Below are positions 28,160 through 40,669 of a stretch of DNA of 64,000 nucleotides, piece after piece. The position numbers and the translations under genes were made by a program. Every line of letters begins with the position of its first letter. The stretch's first letter is position 1. Location of the stretch: contig NC_068992.1 of the NCBI RefSeq assembly GCF_001194135.2, forward strand, positions 11,310,146-11,374,145, read 5' to 3'. The notes beneath the pieces are model-generated. The model saw only the letters and a list, made by a program, of their open reading frames with translations, was not told the origin of the DNA and did no database searches. Source of the stretch: Octopus bimaculoides. Lineage: Eukaryota.

Positions 28160-29014
28160 AAAATAATATTATAATAACAATAATATCAAGAACATAATTC
28201 ATTTAATGATATTTTACTAAGAGAAAAATTAAAAGCAGTGATTACTTTTTTGTAGTTACAATATCTCTATATTTAATAGGAAGAGCATGCATTAACTAAT
28301 ATCATTAAGAATATGAGCGAAGCAATGTAATTGAATCCAAATGAAATTTCTAGATTTCTTTTGATGTATGTGCACACATGCACACATGTTCATGTGTGTA
28401 CTCCTGTAGACTCTTAAATTCTGACGTTACAAGTGTACAGTACATAATTGGTATACAATGTTATTCAGAGTTAGATAACTGTCATACAATGTTTGTAACA
28501 ATATTTTCAGTTGGTTGTAGGTTCTTCACTTACTCTTGAAAAATTATGAATTTAAATCTCTCCAACCTATCCCTAAGATTATGAAGCCCCTGTATATGTA
28601 ATAAATTAAATCAATTTAATTTAACATAGTTTAGTTTAAGTCATAAATTATTTTGCTTTCATTTGCTAAGCTGAAACTATGAAGTTAACATACCTAGTAC
28701 CTCTTTACTCACAGTTTAAATTTCATCTTGATTAGCTTTCCATTTCAATTTAAGCAATGCCATCCAATTGAATAAAAATGCTTTTACCAAAGAAATATAT
28801 GGATTGTGCCCAGAGCAGTGTTAAGAAAAGACTTTTAGTAAGACAAAAACTGCTTTTCATGTAGATGAGAAATTATTCTTCCCCATTTAGATGCCTTTAA
28901 CATGTGTAATGAATATATACACCTGTAATATATTGGTGCTGATCCAGTAAACCAAGCCATCCACCTTTGCAAAATTGGTCTTATGCATACACACACACAT
29001 GCACAAGCACACAC

Positions 29015-29053
<39 letters not shown>

Positions 29054-30844
29054 CCCACACATGCACATATTCAAGATGAATTCAATGTATAGATTTTGCT
29101 TAAAATTTGAAAAAGTATTTTCCAAAATACATAGATATAATTCCTGATTGCAATGTAGTTTCTCAAATAGATAATTTTCCAAACTGTGTTTAATTACATG
29201 GTTGATTTTCATTGATACAAAAGTTCTTTGAAATGACAAATGATATAGTGAACGATAATTTCTTATAAAATCAGGATAATGGTTTTCTCTATAATTATGC
29301 ATTGCATAGCTTAAAGATTGTTCACTCTCACAATATTAGTTAAAGTTACTAACCAAAGTCTATGATTACAAGCTTAACACATGTAGTTTTCACAGCACTG
29401 TCACAAAAGAACTAAATTTGCAAGATGGTAGTCTAATTGCAAGAAGTATAATTACTTTAATTAAAGTTCTTTGATATCAGCTGAAATTCTTAAAGTTCCT
29501 ACCGAGAAGTTTAAATACTTAAATTTCCAATTTCTAAATTTTTGGTTCTTTGTTTACAAACTAAATTATTCAAAAGCAGATATTCAAAAGATCCCATGCC
29601 AACCATTCTTTTAGTCTTCTCTTCGTCTTTAACAGCATGAGAGACTTTTAATTTACATCATTATAAATATACAAACACACATACACATAAATATATATAT
29701 ATATGTGTGTGTATGTGTGTCTGTACATATATTTTTTATCAACCTAAGTGTAAAAGACATGTTAAATATAAACAGGTTTCCTTAAAAAGTTGTTCAATTC
29801 CAAACCAAAATAAAAATGACAGAATTTGAAATTTTTGTTTCCTCTCAAAAAGAACTTTTTGCTTTACATGTTCATTTTCTTCTTTTCCTTTTTCTTTTTT
29901 TCAAGCATTTAGGCTTTAGATCTGATGGGGAAAGTTTTAAATACTTTCATTGAAATGGGTGTATTAGTGTAAGAGAAGAATGAAATAAAGCACATTAATG
30001 GCAAAATTAAGTCAAACTGTAGCTTAAAAGAATTACAAAAATTTCTAAAGAGAAAATTATTGATTTTAGATTAGAGTCTACTCTTAGATTCCTACCATAA
30101 TTCTAAAGAAAGAAATCAGGAATAAAAAAAAAAAAAAGAGTAGCTATTAAAAACCTATAAATTGTTAAATTATTACTAGTTTTATTTTATTTTTAATATA
30201 ATTATTCATAAATCCAATTCAAAAATTTTTGTCAGAATTTTCACACTTGACTGACAATTAAAAAAAATTCTTCCTAGCTGTAGAGTTTTAGGCTGGAAGA
30301 ATGCTTCAAAAGCAACAACGTTGGCACCGACACATTCTCACCATCAGGATTTGCCTTCTAGAATCAATGGAAAAGCTATTAGTTAACTATGATGGTGTAA
30401 GATTTGAAAATAATATAAGACAGCCTGCTTTTACTTTTTTTCTCCTTTTTCTCTCTCTTTAAATTCATATTAATACATGTTATTACTGAACAGCTCTTGA
30501 CAAGATCTTCCAATAGATTACATCTTCCGCTAGGTTTTTACTAGTGTTAATGTTAACATATTCCACTCAATAACATTTTGTAGATATTATACAATATTCA
30601 AATTTCTAATGTTTTAATGAAGGACTTACCTAGAAGTGTGTTATTTCCTGTTATCTATCAGAAACCTGGTTTGATTTCTGAATTATTTCACTGTATCTCG
30701 TGTATCTCTATTGAATGAGCTTGAGAAAGCAGTACTGAAGACTTCTGGTTTCCCTAACAGTGTCTAGAGCAAGTTATCTTGGTAAAGCATTGGTGTAGAA
30801 GGGTTTCAATCTTAGAATATGCCTAACAAATAATTCCTTCTACA

Positions 30845-31025
30845 AGGCCTAGCAGAGGGCAAGTTGATTGTATTGACCCCAGTTATTGACTAGTTCTTAT
30901 TTCATTGACCCCATAAGGATGAAAGGCAAAGTCAACCTCTATGAAATTTGAACTCAGAACATAGAAGGACAAAGTACCACTAAGTATTTTGTCTGGGGTG
31001 CTAACATATCTACCATTTTGCCACT
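30845..31025 (-). mobile_element. Family C SINE
   Basis: attgaccccataaggatgaaaggcaaagtcaacctc...tttgaactcagaac. Confidence 0.75.
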
Positions 31026-31102
31026 GATGTGCTTCCTGTCACCAGTCCTTACCTGTTTCATTGGAAGACCTCGCTTGAAATATTGCAGCATAAAAGAAAA
31101 TA

Positions 31103-31320
31103 CTTGTTTCAAACTTTGTCCCAAGCCAGTAATTTCAGAGGAAGTGTGGTAAATCAATTCCATCGACCCCAGTGCACAACTGGTACTTATTTTCTCAATC
31201 TCTGAAGGATGAAAGGCAATGCCAGCCCCAGAATTATTTGAACACGGAGCATAAAGTTGGAAGAACAACCACTAACCAAATGATGCAGTGTAGTAATGAC
31301 CCTGCTTGGTCACTGCCTCA
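31103..31320 (-). mobile_element. Family C SINE flanked by a 16-bp direct repeat
   Basis: agcataaaagaaaata (31087-31102) and agcataaaaggaaata (31321-31336) bracket the copy. Confidence 0.8.
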
Positions 31321-31336
31321 AGCATAAAAGGAAATA

Positions 31337-31552
31337 GCGGTTTCAAATTTTGGCACAAGGCCAGCAATTTCAAGGGAGGTGGGGTAAGTCGATTACATTG
31401 ACCCCCAGTGTTCATCTGGTGCTTATTTTATCGGCCCCAAAATGGTGAAAGGCAAAGCTGACCTCGACGGAATTTTAAGTCAGAAAATGAAGACGGATGA
31501 AATGTCGCTAAGCATTTTGCCTGGCAATGTTTATAAGCCTGCCAGTTGGTCA
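31337..31552 (-). mobile_element. Family C SINE
   Basis: tttggcacaaggccagcaattt...gaaaggcaaagctgacctcgacggaattt...cgctaagcattttgcctgg. Confidence 0.8.
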
Positions 31553-32984
31553 GATTTATACCTTGAGGCTTAAGTGAAGTTGAATCAAGGTATTTAAATG
31601 AATTAGCAAATGTTATCCACTAAGAACATGACAAACAGTCTTTTGTGACATGATAGAATGAGAAAATATTGATTCTATGGGTGTTTATGATATGGGTGCA
31701 TCATAAAATCATAAGTTCAATTCCTGGATCAAAGCACATGTTGTGCCCTTGAGTAAGTCTCTTCATTTCATGTTGTTAATCATCTACTCAGCTGAAAATG
31801 TGTACCAGCCGAGTACTGGTCTCTCTCTCTCTCTTTTGGTGCCTCACTTTCTTTCTCTCTCTTGCTATCCCCCCCCCCCCCCNNNNNNNNNNNNNNNNNN
31901 NNNNNNNNNNNNNNNNACATTCTATGACATCTTGGATGTACCACTGGGTCAAAGGATGTGAGAGGCAAGAAGGTGTATATGTCTATTTGTGACAACGTAA
32001 GCACATGAAACATTCTGCAGAAGCTTGGTATTTGGTTCCAATCTACATTCATTCGTTGGCTCTTTATATTGATAATGAAAGGGACACCGAGGAAGACAGA
32101 GAGGAAGTAGTGAGTTATTTAACTGTGAAAATATTAAGCTTCATAGAGAAATCAATGCAGGATTGTGGATAATGGTAATATACCATAGTACAAAGGTGTT
32201 CAACTCAAGCAGAGCACAGACAATTAGACATTAAAAAACTGATAATGATACATATGTTTGTTTTACAAGATACATTATTTTCTACAAGACTGGTTATGAA
32301 ATATATCATTAACCAGTTCATTTATGAAATGAATCACTAATTATAAAAAACAGCATTGAAGCTATTAAATAATTTATTCAAAGCTCTGTCTGGTTCATTT
32401 ATTTGGTGACTCAATGTTAGGTGAATATCTTCAAAATATATACAATTTCAAAAAAATTGGATGACTTTCGCTATACTGTAAGCACATAGAGTATAGTTAA
32501 TTGTTAATAGTAAATCAGTCCTTAATTTAATGACTATGATTTAATCACTCTGTAGATGTGTTATGTGAGATAATATATTTTTGTTTATTCGTTTATTTAA
32601 CATGATTTTCTCTGCTAGCATGGGTTTGGATGGAATGCTGTTTGAGGGAAGATTTTCACAATCAGATGTTCTTTCTGTCACCAACCCTTACTTCTTTTCA
32701 GGTAAGGGATTGTTTAATTTCATAGGTCTTTGAAAGCACAAAGCAACCAGTCACAATGTCAATTAGGAATGACATCATCATCAGTACATCATCAGTACAT
32801 GTCTACGTATGCACACAGACATCTCTTTCTATCCCAAATTATTATATCAGGTCTGTTATGCTTACATTTTATTGAGGTCTTCACTGGTACATTCCACCAG
32901 TATTCCTTTTTATTATGAGTGACCTTGGCTTCTACTATATTGTGGTTTCTTATGTATGTATCCATGTGGTGAGCATTTGCAGTT

Positions 32985-33130
32985 TCCGTCTACCTAATTC
33001 CTTTGCAAGACATTGGTTGGCTTGAGGCTGATGAAAAAGAAACTTACCTACGGGGTTTAACAGTGGGACTGAGCCCAAAACCATACCATTAGGGAGCAAC
33101 CTTCCTAACAGCACAGCCATGTCTGTGCCC
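32985..33130 (-). mobile_element. Family A SINE head
   Basis: cagtgggactgagccc...cttcctaacagcacagccat is the reverse complement of the family A head. Confidence 0.7.
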
Positions 33131-33467
33131 TTGTGCATCTGCATAACGTGGATATTCTGTAAAAGGGCCTAAAATGCTTCTTCTACAAGAAGTCTTATAT
33201 CTTGAGAACTTTATATTTAAGTGTGTCTGCATATGTGTATATGTGTGTGTGTGAGTGTGTGTCTGCATATATCTGTGTGTATGTGTATGTGTGTGTGTGT
33301 GTGCAAGGTATATGTGTGGGTGTGTAAGCATGTCGCCATACAAATATAAATATATATATATATATATATGTATGTGTAGTGTATATATANNNNNNNNNNN
33401 NNNNNNNNNNNNNNNNNNNNNNNNNNNNNNNNNNNNNNNNNNNNNNNNNNNNNNNNNNNNNNNNNNN

Positions 33468-33510
<43 letters not shown>

Positions 33511-34394
33511 CACACATGAATAAATTTTCAGAAAGAAATAATTTTCTAAATGTAAATCTATAATGCATTCAAGCATAAAATAAAAGAGTATGAGACTTTG
33601 GTTATGGTACAATAATGATTGATCTAAATAAGAATCAAAATCATGGTTTTATGGTGGCTGATCAGATTTTCTAGACTTCCTATTCACCGACGCTAAATAT
33701 GTTTACATCTAGTCAATTTGCAGTATACATATGTTTGCCTTCTACAATACATGTCTTCTTTGTCTTCTTTGTCTTCTTCAGTTGAATTGCATCAGATACA
33801 AATCATGAAAACAGCACATATCCTGTTAATTGTAGAATGCCATTGTTGCATCATTATGTTTCCAATGCAAATAAAATATTGGCTGGATGGGAATTTGGTC
33901 TTCCACAGGAATATTTTCGTCAATAGGATTCACATCCTTGTTAAGGTTTAAAGTACAATTAACGTTAACATAATTCTTTCAGAATTCTTCATTGTAGTTT
34001 ATTGCATGAAGTCACCTGGGTGACACTAGTGTTAGTTGATTAGCTGCAACCTGGTTCTTGATTGGTGCTGTACTCTACAGACCCTGGACAGAAGTCAAGC
34101 AGATTACATATACACATATGCATGTATGTATTTCTCTATATAACCTATTCTGATTCTCTATTTCAACCTTTCTTGCCCCCCCCCCCCTCTCTCTCTCTCT
34201 CNNNNNNNNNNNNNNNNNNNNNNNNNNNNNNNNNNNNNNNNNNNNNNNNNNNNNNNNNNNNNNNNNNNNNNNNNNNNNNNNATATATATATATATATATA
34301 TATATATAATAAAGTAAAGTTGTGGAATACCCTACGAGTGGAAATATATATGAAAGAAGGTTTGAAAATGCACTTATTATAAATATATTTATTT

Positions 34395-34436
34395 ACTTAA
34401 CCGGTTTCACTTTTTTAGAAAAAGATTATCAAAAGT
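34395..34436 (-). ncRNA. Decayed hammerhead ribozyme motif
   Basis: Minus strand reads ACTT-TTGATAA-tCTTTTT(CTA)AAAAAGt-GAAA-C(CG)G-TT-AAGT: stems I, II and palindromic III (AACCGGTT) are in register, but the core has C3T and G8A transitions. Confidence 0.5.
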
Positions 34437-34439
34437 GTT

Positions 34440-34745
34440 TGAGAATAATAGAAAATGTTAAAAAACAGTTTGAGTATTAAAATGCATATATACATTCTTT
34501 GATGATAATAAGAGGAATATATTTAAAGTATAAAGCTTTGTATGAGCTTTGTAGTGTTACATACTGATTATCACACATTCTCTGATAATAAGATGAAAAT
34601 GTTAAAAACAGTGTAAGTATGAAAATACATATATGGAAAAATACATATACATATTCTTTGATAATAATAGAAAATGTTAGAAACAGTTTAAGTATCAAAA
34701 TACATATACACATTCTTTGATAATAATAATAAGAAGAATATGTTT
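34440..34745. repeat. Degenerate tandem repeat, unit about 57-60 bp
   Basis: attctttgataataatagaaaatgttaaaaacagtttaagtat.aaaatacatatac recurs 3-4 times. Confidence 0.75.
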
Positions 34746-34919
34746 GAAAGAGTTTACAACGTTGTTATAACAAAAAGGATTTGGTAAAATATGTATATAT
34801 ATATACCCAGGAAATATATTTAAGAGTTCGCAAAAAGTTGAGGAGGAACTGACCTAGCTTGCTGGCTTAAGAGACAATATGACTGGCTAGACATTCATAC
34901 ACACACGCACATGTGTATG

Positions 34920-35230
34920 TGGTGGTTGTCTACTCCTTATGCAGAGTCTGACCAGCTCTTGTACCTACACCTTAGATCAATCGTGGCATCTGGTGTGGCT
35001 CTTTAAACCAGACAATGTTTTGAAAAGACACCCGTTTGGATTGCATATCTGATTTGTACCACCAAGAGCTGCAGTCAAGTTCTGATCTTTGTGGATCTTA
35101 AAATGTCTTTCGAGGTCTCCGTTAGATTTGGAGACCTTATACTTATGTAGGAAGTTGTTTGTTTGGCTGGTCATAGACTGACCATTGGTTTCATGCCTGT
35201 GAAACACTTAGCTGTATTGATGAGTCAAAT
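34920..35230 (-). mobile_element. LINE 3' end (probably RTE-type) with two decayed C2H2-like fingers
   Basis: ORF 34977-35207 has KSNGDLERHFKIH and C...LFKTLSGLKSHTRCH followed by a stop and a short tail; Cys residues are partly lost. Confidence 0.55.
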
Positions 35231-35524
35231 GGCCAGAGTTACATAACCTCTCCACAAGTGAAGGGAGGAAATGTCTTGTCAATTAATTTCGTAACTAGAA
35301 GAAAAAATTGTTTGATTTGGCTGTTATTTAATGATGTATTATAGTATATGTTGTTCTGACCAAATGTATTAAAAGCCTTTTTATTTTCATTTGTCCACAC
35401 ACTAGTGTGTGTGTGCATGCGTGTGTGAGTGTGTGTATATGTGTGTGTGTGCATGCACATGTGTATGTTTGTGTGCATGTAAATGTATATATGTGCATAC
35501 ATGCGTGTGCGTATTTGTGTGTGC

Positions 35525-35720
35525 ATGTGTCTGGCTTCCGTGCCGGTGGCACGTAAATAGCCCCATTTGTGCATGATCATTACCAATGTCGCTTTCCTGG
35601 CACTTGTGCTAGTGGCACATGAAAAGACATTCGACCGAGATCGCTGCCAGTGCCGCTGGACTGGCTCCTATGCAGGTGGCACGTAAAATACCCCATTTCG
35701 AGCGTGGCTGTTGCCAGTAC
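35525..35720 (+). mobile_element. Family B 5' subrepeat region
   Basis: Repeated ggtggcacgtaaa...ccatttcgagcgtgg..gttgccagt units as in 2815-2960. Confidence 0.75.
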
Positions 35721-35978
35721 TTGTTTGCATGTGTATGTATCTACACACACCGAAGCATCATAGACACATACAGAGATAGAAAGGAGATTGGCAAAACAAA
35801 TACCTTTGCATACGTTCAAGTATGCAAGTAGTTATCCAAGCTTGTTTGCAGTTATACATGTATACACTGACAAACCCACATACAACAAAACCAGCAACTG
35901 ACCAGTAATACGGGTGGGTCAGAGAGAGGATTCTCACTTTCTTTCACTCTCCATCTCCTCTCTCTCTCTCTCATTCTC

Positions 35979-36209
35979 ATTTCTTTATTGCCCACAAGGG
36001 GCTAAACATAGAGGGAACAAACAAGGGCAGACGAACGGATTGAGTCGATTACATCGACCCCAGTGCGTAACTGGTACTTAATTTATCGACCCCGAAAGGA
36101 TGAAAGGCAAAGTCGACCTCGGCGGAATTTGAACTCAGAACGTAACGGCAGACGAAATACCGCTAAGCATTTCGCCCGACGTCCTAACGATTCTGCTATC
36201 TCGCCGCCT
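35979..36209 (-). mobile_element. Family C tRNA-derived SINE, young copy with TSD
   Basis: Head aggcggcgag..agcagaatcgttag, B box gagttcaaattcc, central gaggtcgactttgcctttcatcctttcggggtcgataaattaagtacc (Nin-like domain, from recall), CpGs intact; 14-bp direct repeat tctctctcattctc at 35965-35978 and 36210-36223. Confidence 0.9.
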
Positions 36210-37148
36210 TCTCTCTCATTCTCTCTCTTTATATATATGTGTACATATATGTGTGTGTGTGTGTGTTATTTATTTAAAGGCCACAATACATGAGTGAGAG
36301 AGAGAGAGAGAGAAATATACAGACAAACATTATATATAATTATCAAAAAAATTGAACTTGAACATATTCATGAAATATATTTATACAAATATGTGAGTAT
36401 ATATTTGTGCACAAATATTTATGCTAAGGTTTTGTTAAAACTGATGAAGAATGTCTACATCCCCCACCCACACACATATACACTCGCGCACACACACACA
36501 TTCAAATATATGCATTCACACATCATATGCAAACACACATACGTGCTTAAAAAAAAACAAAAAAAAAAAAACAAACAGAAAGCATAAATAATAAGACAAT
36601 ACATCTTATCAGTACTTCACTCTGTGAACTGTTGATCTGAATTATTGCCTTCAGTGGAGAGTTGTTTTAAAGTAAAGCAAGCAGTGACGAAGGGGCCAGA
36701 AAAAAAAATGTGGCTGCATATATATGCGAGTAAGGAATAGATATATCTAAAAAAAACAAAAAAAAACAAATGAAACAAAACAAAAAGAAAAAAAGAACCC
36801 AAAAGGACAAACGGTAACATTAACGAAGAATTCAATGTGTAACAGAATGTGTGGTGTTGGCACGGGTATGTTGGAAACAAAAACAAACAGTTGAAAACCC
36901 ATTGTTTTGTTGGAATTCGATAATATTGGTTCAACAGATCCATAGAGATATAAACCAAAATAGCAGTTGATCTAAGGAAATTAGCTTTACTAGATACTAA
37001 TTAAATAAGCATAAACATAAGTTAAGATTGGTGGATCTGTTAAGATCAATGTGATGGCTTAGTATTGTTGTGAGCACATGTCTGTGTGTGTATAAAGCAT
37101 CAAGTGTACACACACACACATATACATACATATGAGTATGTTTGTGTA

Positions 37149-37190
<42 letters not shown>

Positions 37191-37810
37191 NNNNNNNNNN
37201 NNNNNNNNNNNNNNNNNNNNNNNNNNNNNNNNNNNNNNNNNNNNNNNNNNNNNNNNNNNNNNNNNNNNNNNNNNNNNNNNNNNNNNNNNNNNNNNNNNNN
37301 NNNNNNNNNNNNNNNNNNNNNNNNNNNNNNNNNNNNNNNNNNNNNNNNNNNNNNNNNNNNNNNNNNNNNNNNNNNNNNNNNNNNNNNNNNNNNNNNNNNN
37401 NNNNNNNNNNNNNNNNNNNNNNNNNNNNNNNNNNNNNNNNNNNNNNNNNNNNNNNNNNNNNNNNNNNNNNNNNNNNNNNNNNNNNNNNNNNNNNNNNNNN
37501 NNNNNNNNNNNNNNNNNNNNNNNNNNNNNNNNTAAAGATGCTTTCCCAGTGGTATTCACATATGTATATTTGTGTGCGTGTACACACACACACACACACA
37601 TACGTACATATACATATATACATATATATACACCTGTATGTCTATATATAGAGAAATAGATATGTTTGTGTATATGTATATATATATATGTATGAATATA
37701 TATGTATGTATATATATATATGTGTGTATGTATGTCTGCGTGTGTATATAGAGACAGATGGAGATATGTGTCTACATACATATATGTATGTATATATACA
37801 TATGTATGTG

Positions 37811-37842
<32 letters not shown>

Positions 37843-37851
37843 TATATATGC

Positions 37852-37882
<31 letters not shown>

Positions 37883-38690
37883 TATCTGTGTGTGTTGCAG
37901 GATATTCGATATTCTCTGGACACTCATTTATAAATTTGCGAATGTATTATGGACATTCGCGTGTGTATGTACATGTGTGTTTGAGTGTGTGTGTATGCCT
38001 GAGTGTGAGTGTGTGCTTATTGTAAACACAGTCAAGCTAAAAACTCAATATCAAGACACACACAACACACATACAACCACATTGAGACACATTCGAACAG
38101 AGAAGTACAGCTTAAAGACTTCCCAGTTATCTTGAAGCCTCTTTTATCAGCGGATTAGTTCTAATTATTTCTTAAATTAGTAATTTGTGTGACATCACTG
38201 CATTGCTCATTACCTCCCCAACTACTGGGTCCCATCTTTAAATAGTTAGGATGTGTGGAAGGAATGGGTAAAGGAGAGGAAGTTGAAGAGCACTGTCTGA
38301 GAACTCTGTTGCTGTTCTCATTACAGAATACCATCAGGCCACAAACTGATAAAGTCAGTGAACCATTGAGGGAATCTTGTCACATTAATCTATTTATCTA
38401 TTTCGTTATTTCACTTTAGGGAGAAATAAAGAGAAGCGAAAAAACAAAAATTAAAATAATAATAAGCAAATAAAACAGAATATACAAAAAAAGACCAAAC
38501 ATCATAAAACACAGGAATTCTCTAAAATACAATAGTTATCTTAGAAAGAAAATGATGGATTAGACAAGTAATATTTAAAAATAACAGCAATAAAAGAAGA
38601 GAAGTAATATACATGTATGTGTGTGTGTTTATATGTGGATGAGCGGGTGTATGTATTTCTATAGCTAAAAGTTTCATCTGGTAGGTAAAA

Positions 38691-38855
38691 GCATGACTGT
38701 GAGGTTAAGATGTTTGCTTACCAGCTATGTGGTTTCGGGTTCAGTCCCACTTCATGCACTATGTCCCACTTCATGGCACATAGTGCAACTTTCTTCTGAT
38801 ATACTCACATCTTGTGAGTGAAGTTGGTAGAAGGAAATTGAAAGATACCCATTGA

Positions 38856-38860
<5 letters not shown>
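38691..38860 (+). mobile_element. Family A SINE 5' half
   Basis: Head with ggttcagtcccac and an internal duplication of gtcccacttcatg; ends in (TA)n. Confidence 0.75.
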
Positions 38861-38884
<24 letters not shown>

Positions 38885-38886
<2 letters not shown>

Positions 38887-39100
38887 AAGTAGTTGTATAC
38901 TGCCAACTTAACGTGACAGTCCCAATAAGAGAATATACTATTGCTGTTTAGCCCTAGGAAGCCAGACCGCTTCCTATTAGGCCTTGACACACCCCCTGTG
39001 CCCTTATCCTTACGAAGGGGAGACAAACTCCTCCACCCAGCCTAGCCTGCATTCAGGGACATGTTTCTGAGTCTTTGCTCATCATCAGCCTGAAGTATAT
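38885..39100 (-). mobile_element. Short non-coding hammerhead-carrying element (Penelope pseudo-LTR / retrozyme-like)
   Basis: About 215 bp, relatively GC-rich, with the ribozyme at its 5' end, an 8-bp hairpin taggaagc/gcttccta (38955-38976) and a 3' end abutting (TA)n. Confidence 0.6.
39052..39094 (-). ncRNA. Minimal type I hammerhead ribozyme motif, core intact
   Basis: Minus strand reads TTCAGG-CTGATGA-TGAG(CAAAGA)CTCA-GAAA-C(AT)G-TC^CCTGAA: 6-bp stem I, CUGAUGA, 4-bp stem II, GAAA, palindromic stem III (ACATGT), GUC cleavage triplet. Confidence 0.85.
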
Positions 39101-39180
39101 ATACATGTTTACACAAACTTCTTTTTCTTTTTTTCACTAGTTTCATCTCAAGAGCTGTGGCCATGCTGGAGCACCACTGT

Positions 39181-39500
39181 CAGCTTTACTACACTTCCAC
39201 TATTTGAAACCTCCACTGATATATGACATTTGATGAATGCGGGATTCTGATGTCGCTACCCTCCGTCTGTGTTTCCTGCAATGAGGTAGATTCATCTGGA
39301 ACTCTTGACAGGAAGAGATCCAGTTTTGTTTTGAATACACCTACATCCTCCATCCCATATAGGTCTCACAGGCTTTTTAAGAAAATGTTGAAGAGTTGTG
39401 GGCCCTCGAAGCCCAAACTGTTACAGTATCTGGTCCTGTATCCTGATGGCAATGTTGAGATCTTAGGCACTATGCAGTGGTACCCAGTTCTGCTGTTTGG
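39181..39500 (-). mobile_element. CR1/L2-type LINE, 3' end of ORF2
   Basis: Minus frame reads GYHCIVPKI...RTRYCNSLGFEGPQLFNIFLKSL*DLYGMEDVGVFKTKLDLFLSRVPDE, matching CR1-type C-termini (GP.LFN.LP..LR / FK..LD.FL..VPD). Confidence 0.8.
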
Positions 39501-40387
39501 GTAACTTTCACTGCCAAGTGCATATGTGTGTGTGTGTGTGTGTGTGTGAGTGAGAGAGAGAGTGTACTTGTGTTAGTGTCACATTGTCCTGACAGCACAT
39601 GATAGTTATGAATGCATGTAAACTTCAGACAAGCTGCGTATTCTATCCCTATCTTCTGTGTAAACACGTCTAGCAATAGGGAATTAGCAAGTTTGGAAGC
39701 AAGTGGGGTTAAATGAGAGAAAAGGCATTTGGGTTGAGAAAATCTGTCTTGATAAATTCCATTCAGCCCATGCAAGCATGGAAAAGAGACGGTTGAAATG
39801 ATGATGATGCTGACGATGATGATATCTGCATATTTATGTATATGTATCTTACAAGCAAACAAGAAATACAAAATAAAATAAAATATGATTTGGCCCTCGG
39901 TGCAAGTATACGATGAGGAAAAGTAATTTGTATTGCGAGTAATATATTTCCAAATTATTCCTGACTCTATATTTATGGATATTGATAATAACCGCATGTA
40001 TTTCTAATTATAGAAATTAATAATAATCCAAGAAGAAATGACGAAAATACAAATTTATTACATGTTTACTTAACTAGTTATATGTGAATTATTAGTGTTT
40101 AACCAAAACAACCATCTTTTAGCTCATCTACTTTCCTTTTCCACTAATAATTATGTTTCCTATGTCATCGTCATCACTGTCATCATCATCGTCGTCATCG
40201 TCGTTGTCATCATCAGTCAACAAAAGTGGCATATACACATATGCATATCTATATCTATCTAGCAAGCTAGTGATCTCTCTCTCTCTCTCTATTATTTGTA
40301 TTATATATATATATATAAAACAATAATAATGGACTCTCCCATTGTTAGATGACATATGTGGGTTCAGCAATTTCTTGCCAAACAACC

Positions 40388-40460
<73 letters not shown>

Positions 40461-40491
40461 AGCAATAATACATCTCTAAACGAAGTATTAA

Positions 40492-40669
40492 CAGTTGGTG
40501 CACGATAACGTGAAGTATATTTGCCCCTTAAATGTGGCTAACCACTAAGGGTTGATGCTACCATAGCTTGTAGCCAGCTGGAGGAGGTGTTCTCCTGGGG
40601 CTACAAGCTATAGTAGCATCCACCCTTAGTGGTTAGCCACATTTAAGTAGCAAATATACTTCACATCAT
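40492..40669. repeat. Foldback (inverted repeat) element with 65-bp arms
   Basis: Arms 40511-40575 and 40599-40663 are reverse complements with 4 mismatches around a 23-nt loop; the left side extends further (cagttggtgcacgataacg). Confidence 0.9.

Noticed and set aside
3935-36450. Other CUGAUGA matches (3935+, about 11381-, about 14589-, about 33026+, 36441+)
   Set aside because: No correctly placed GAAA with paired stems I-III.
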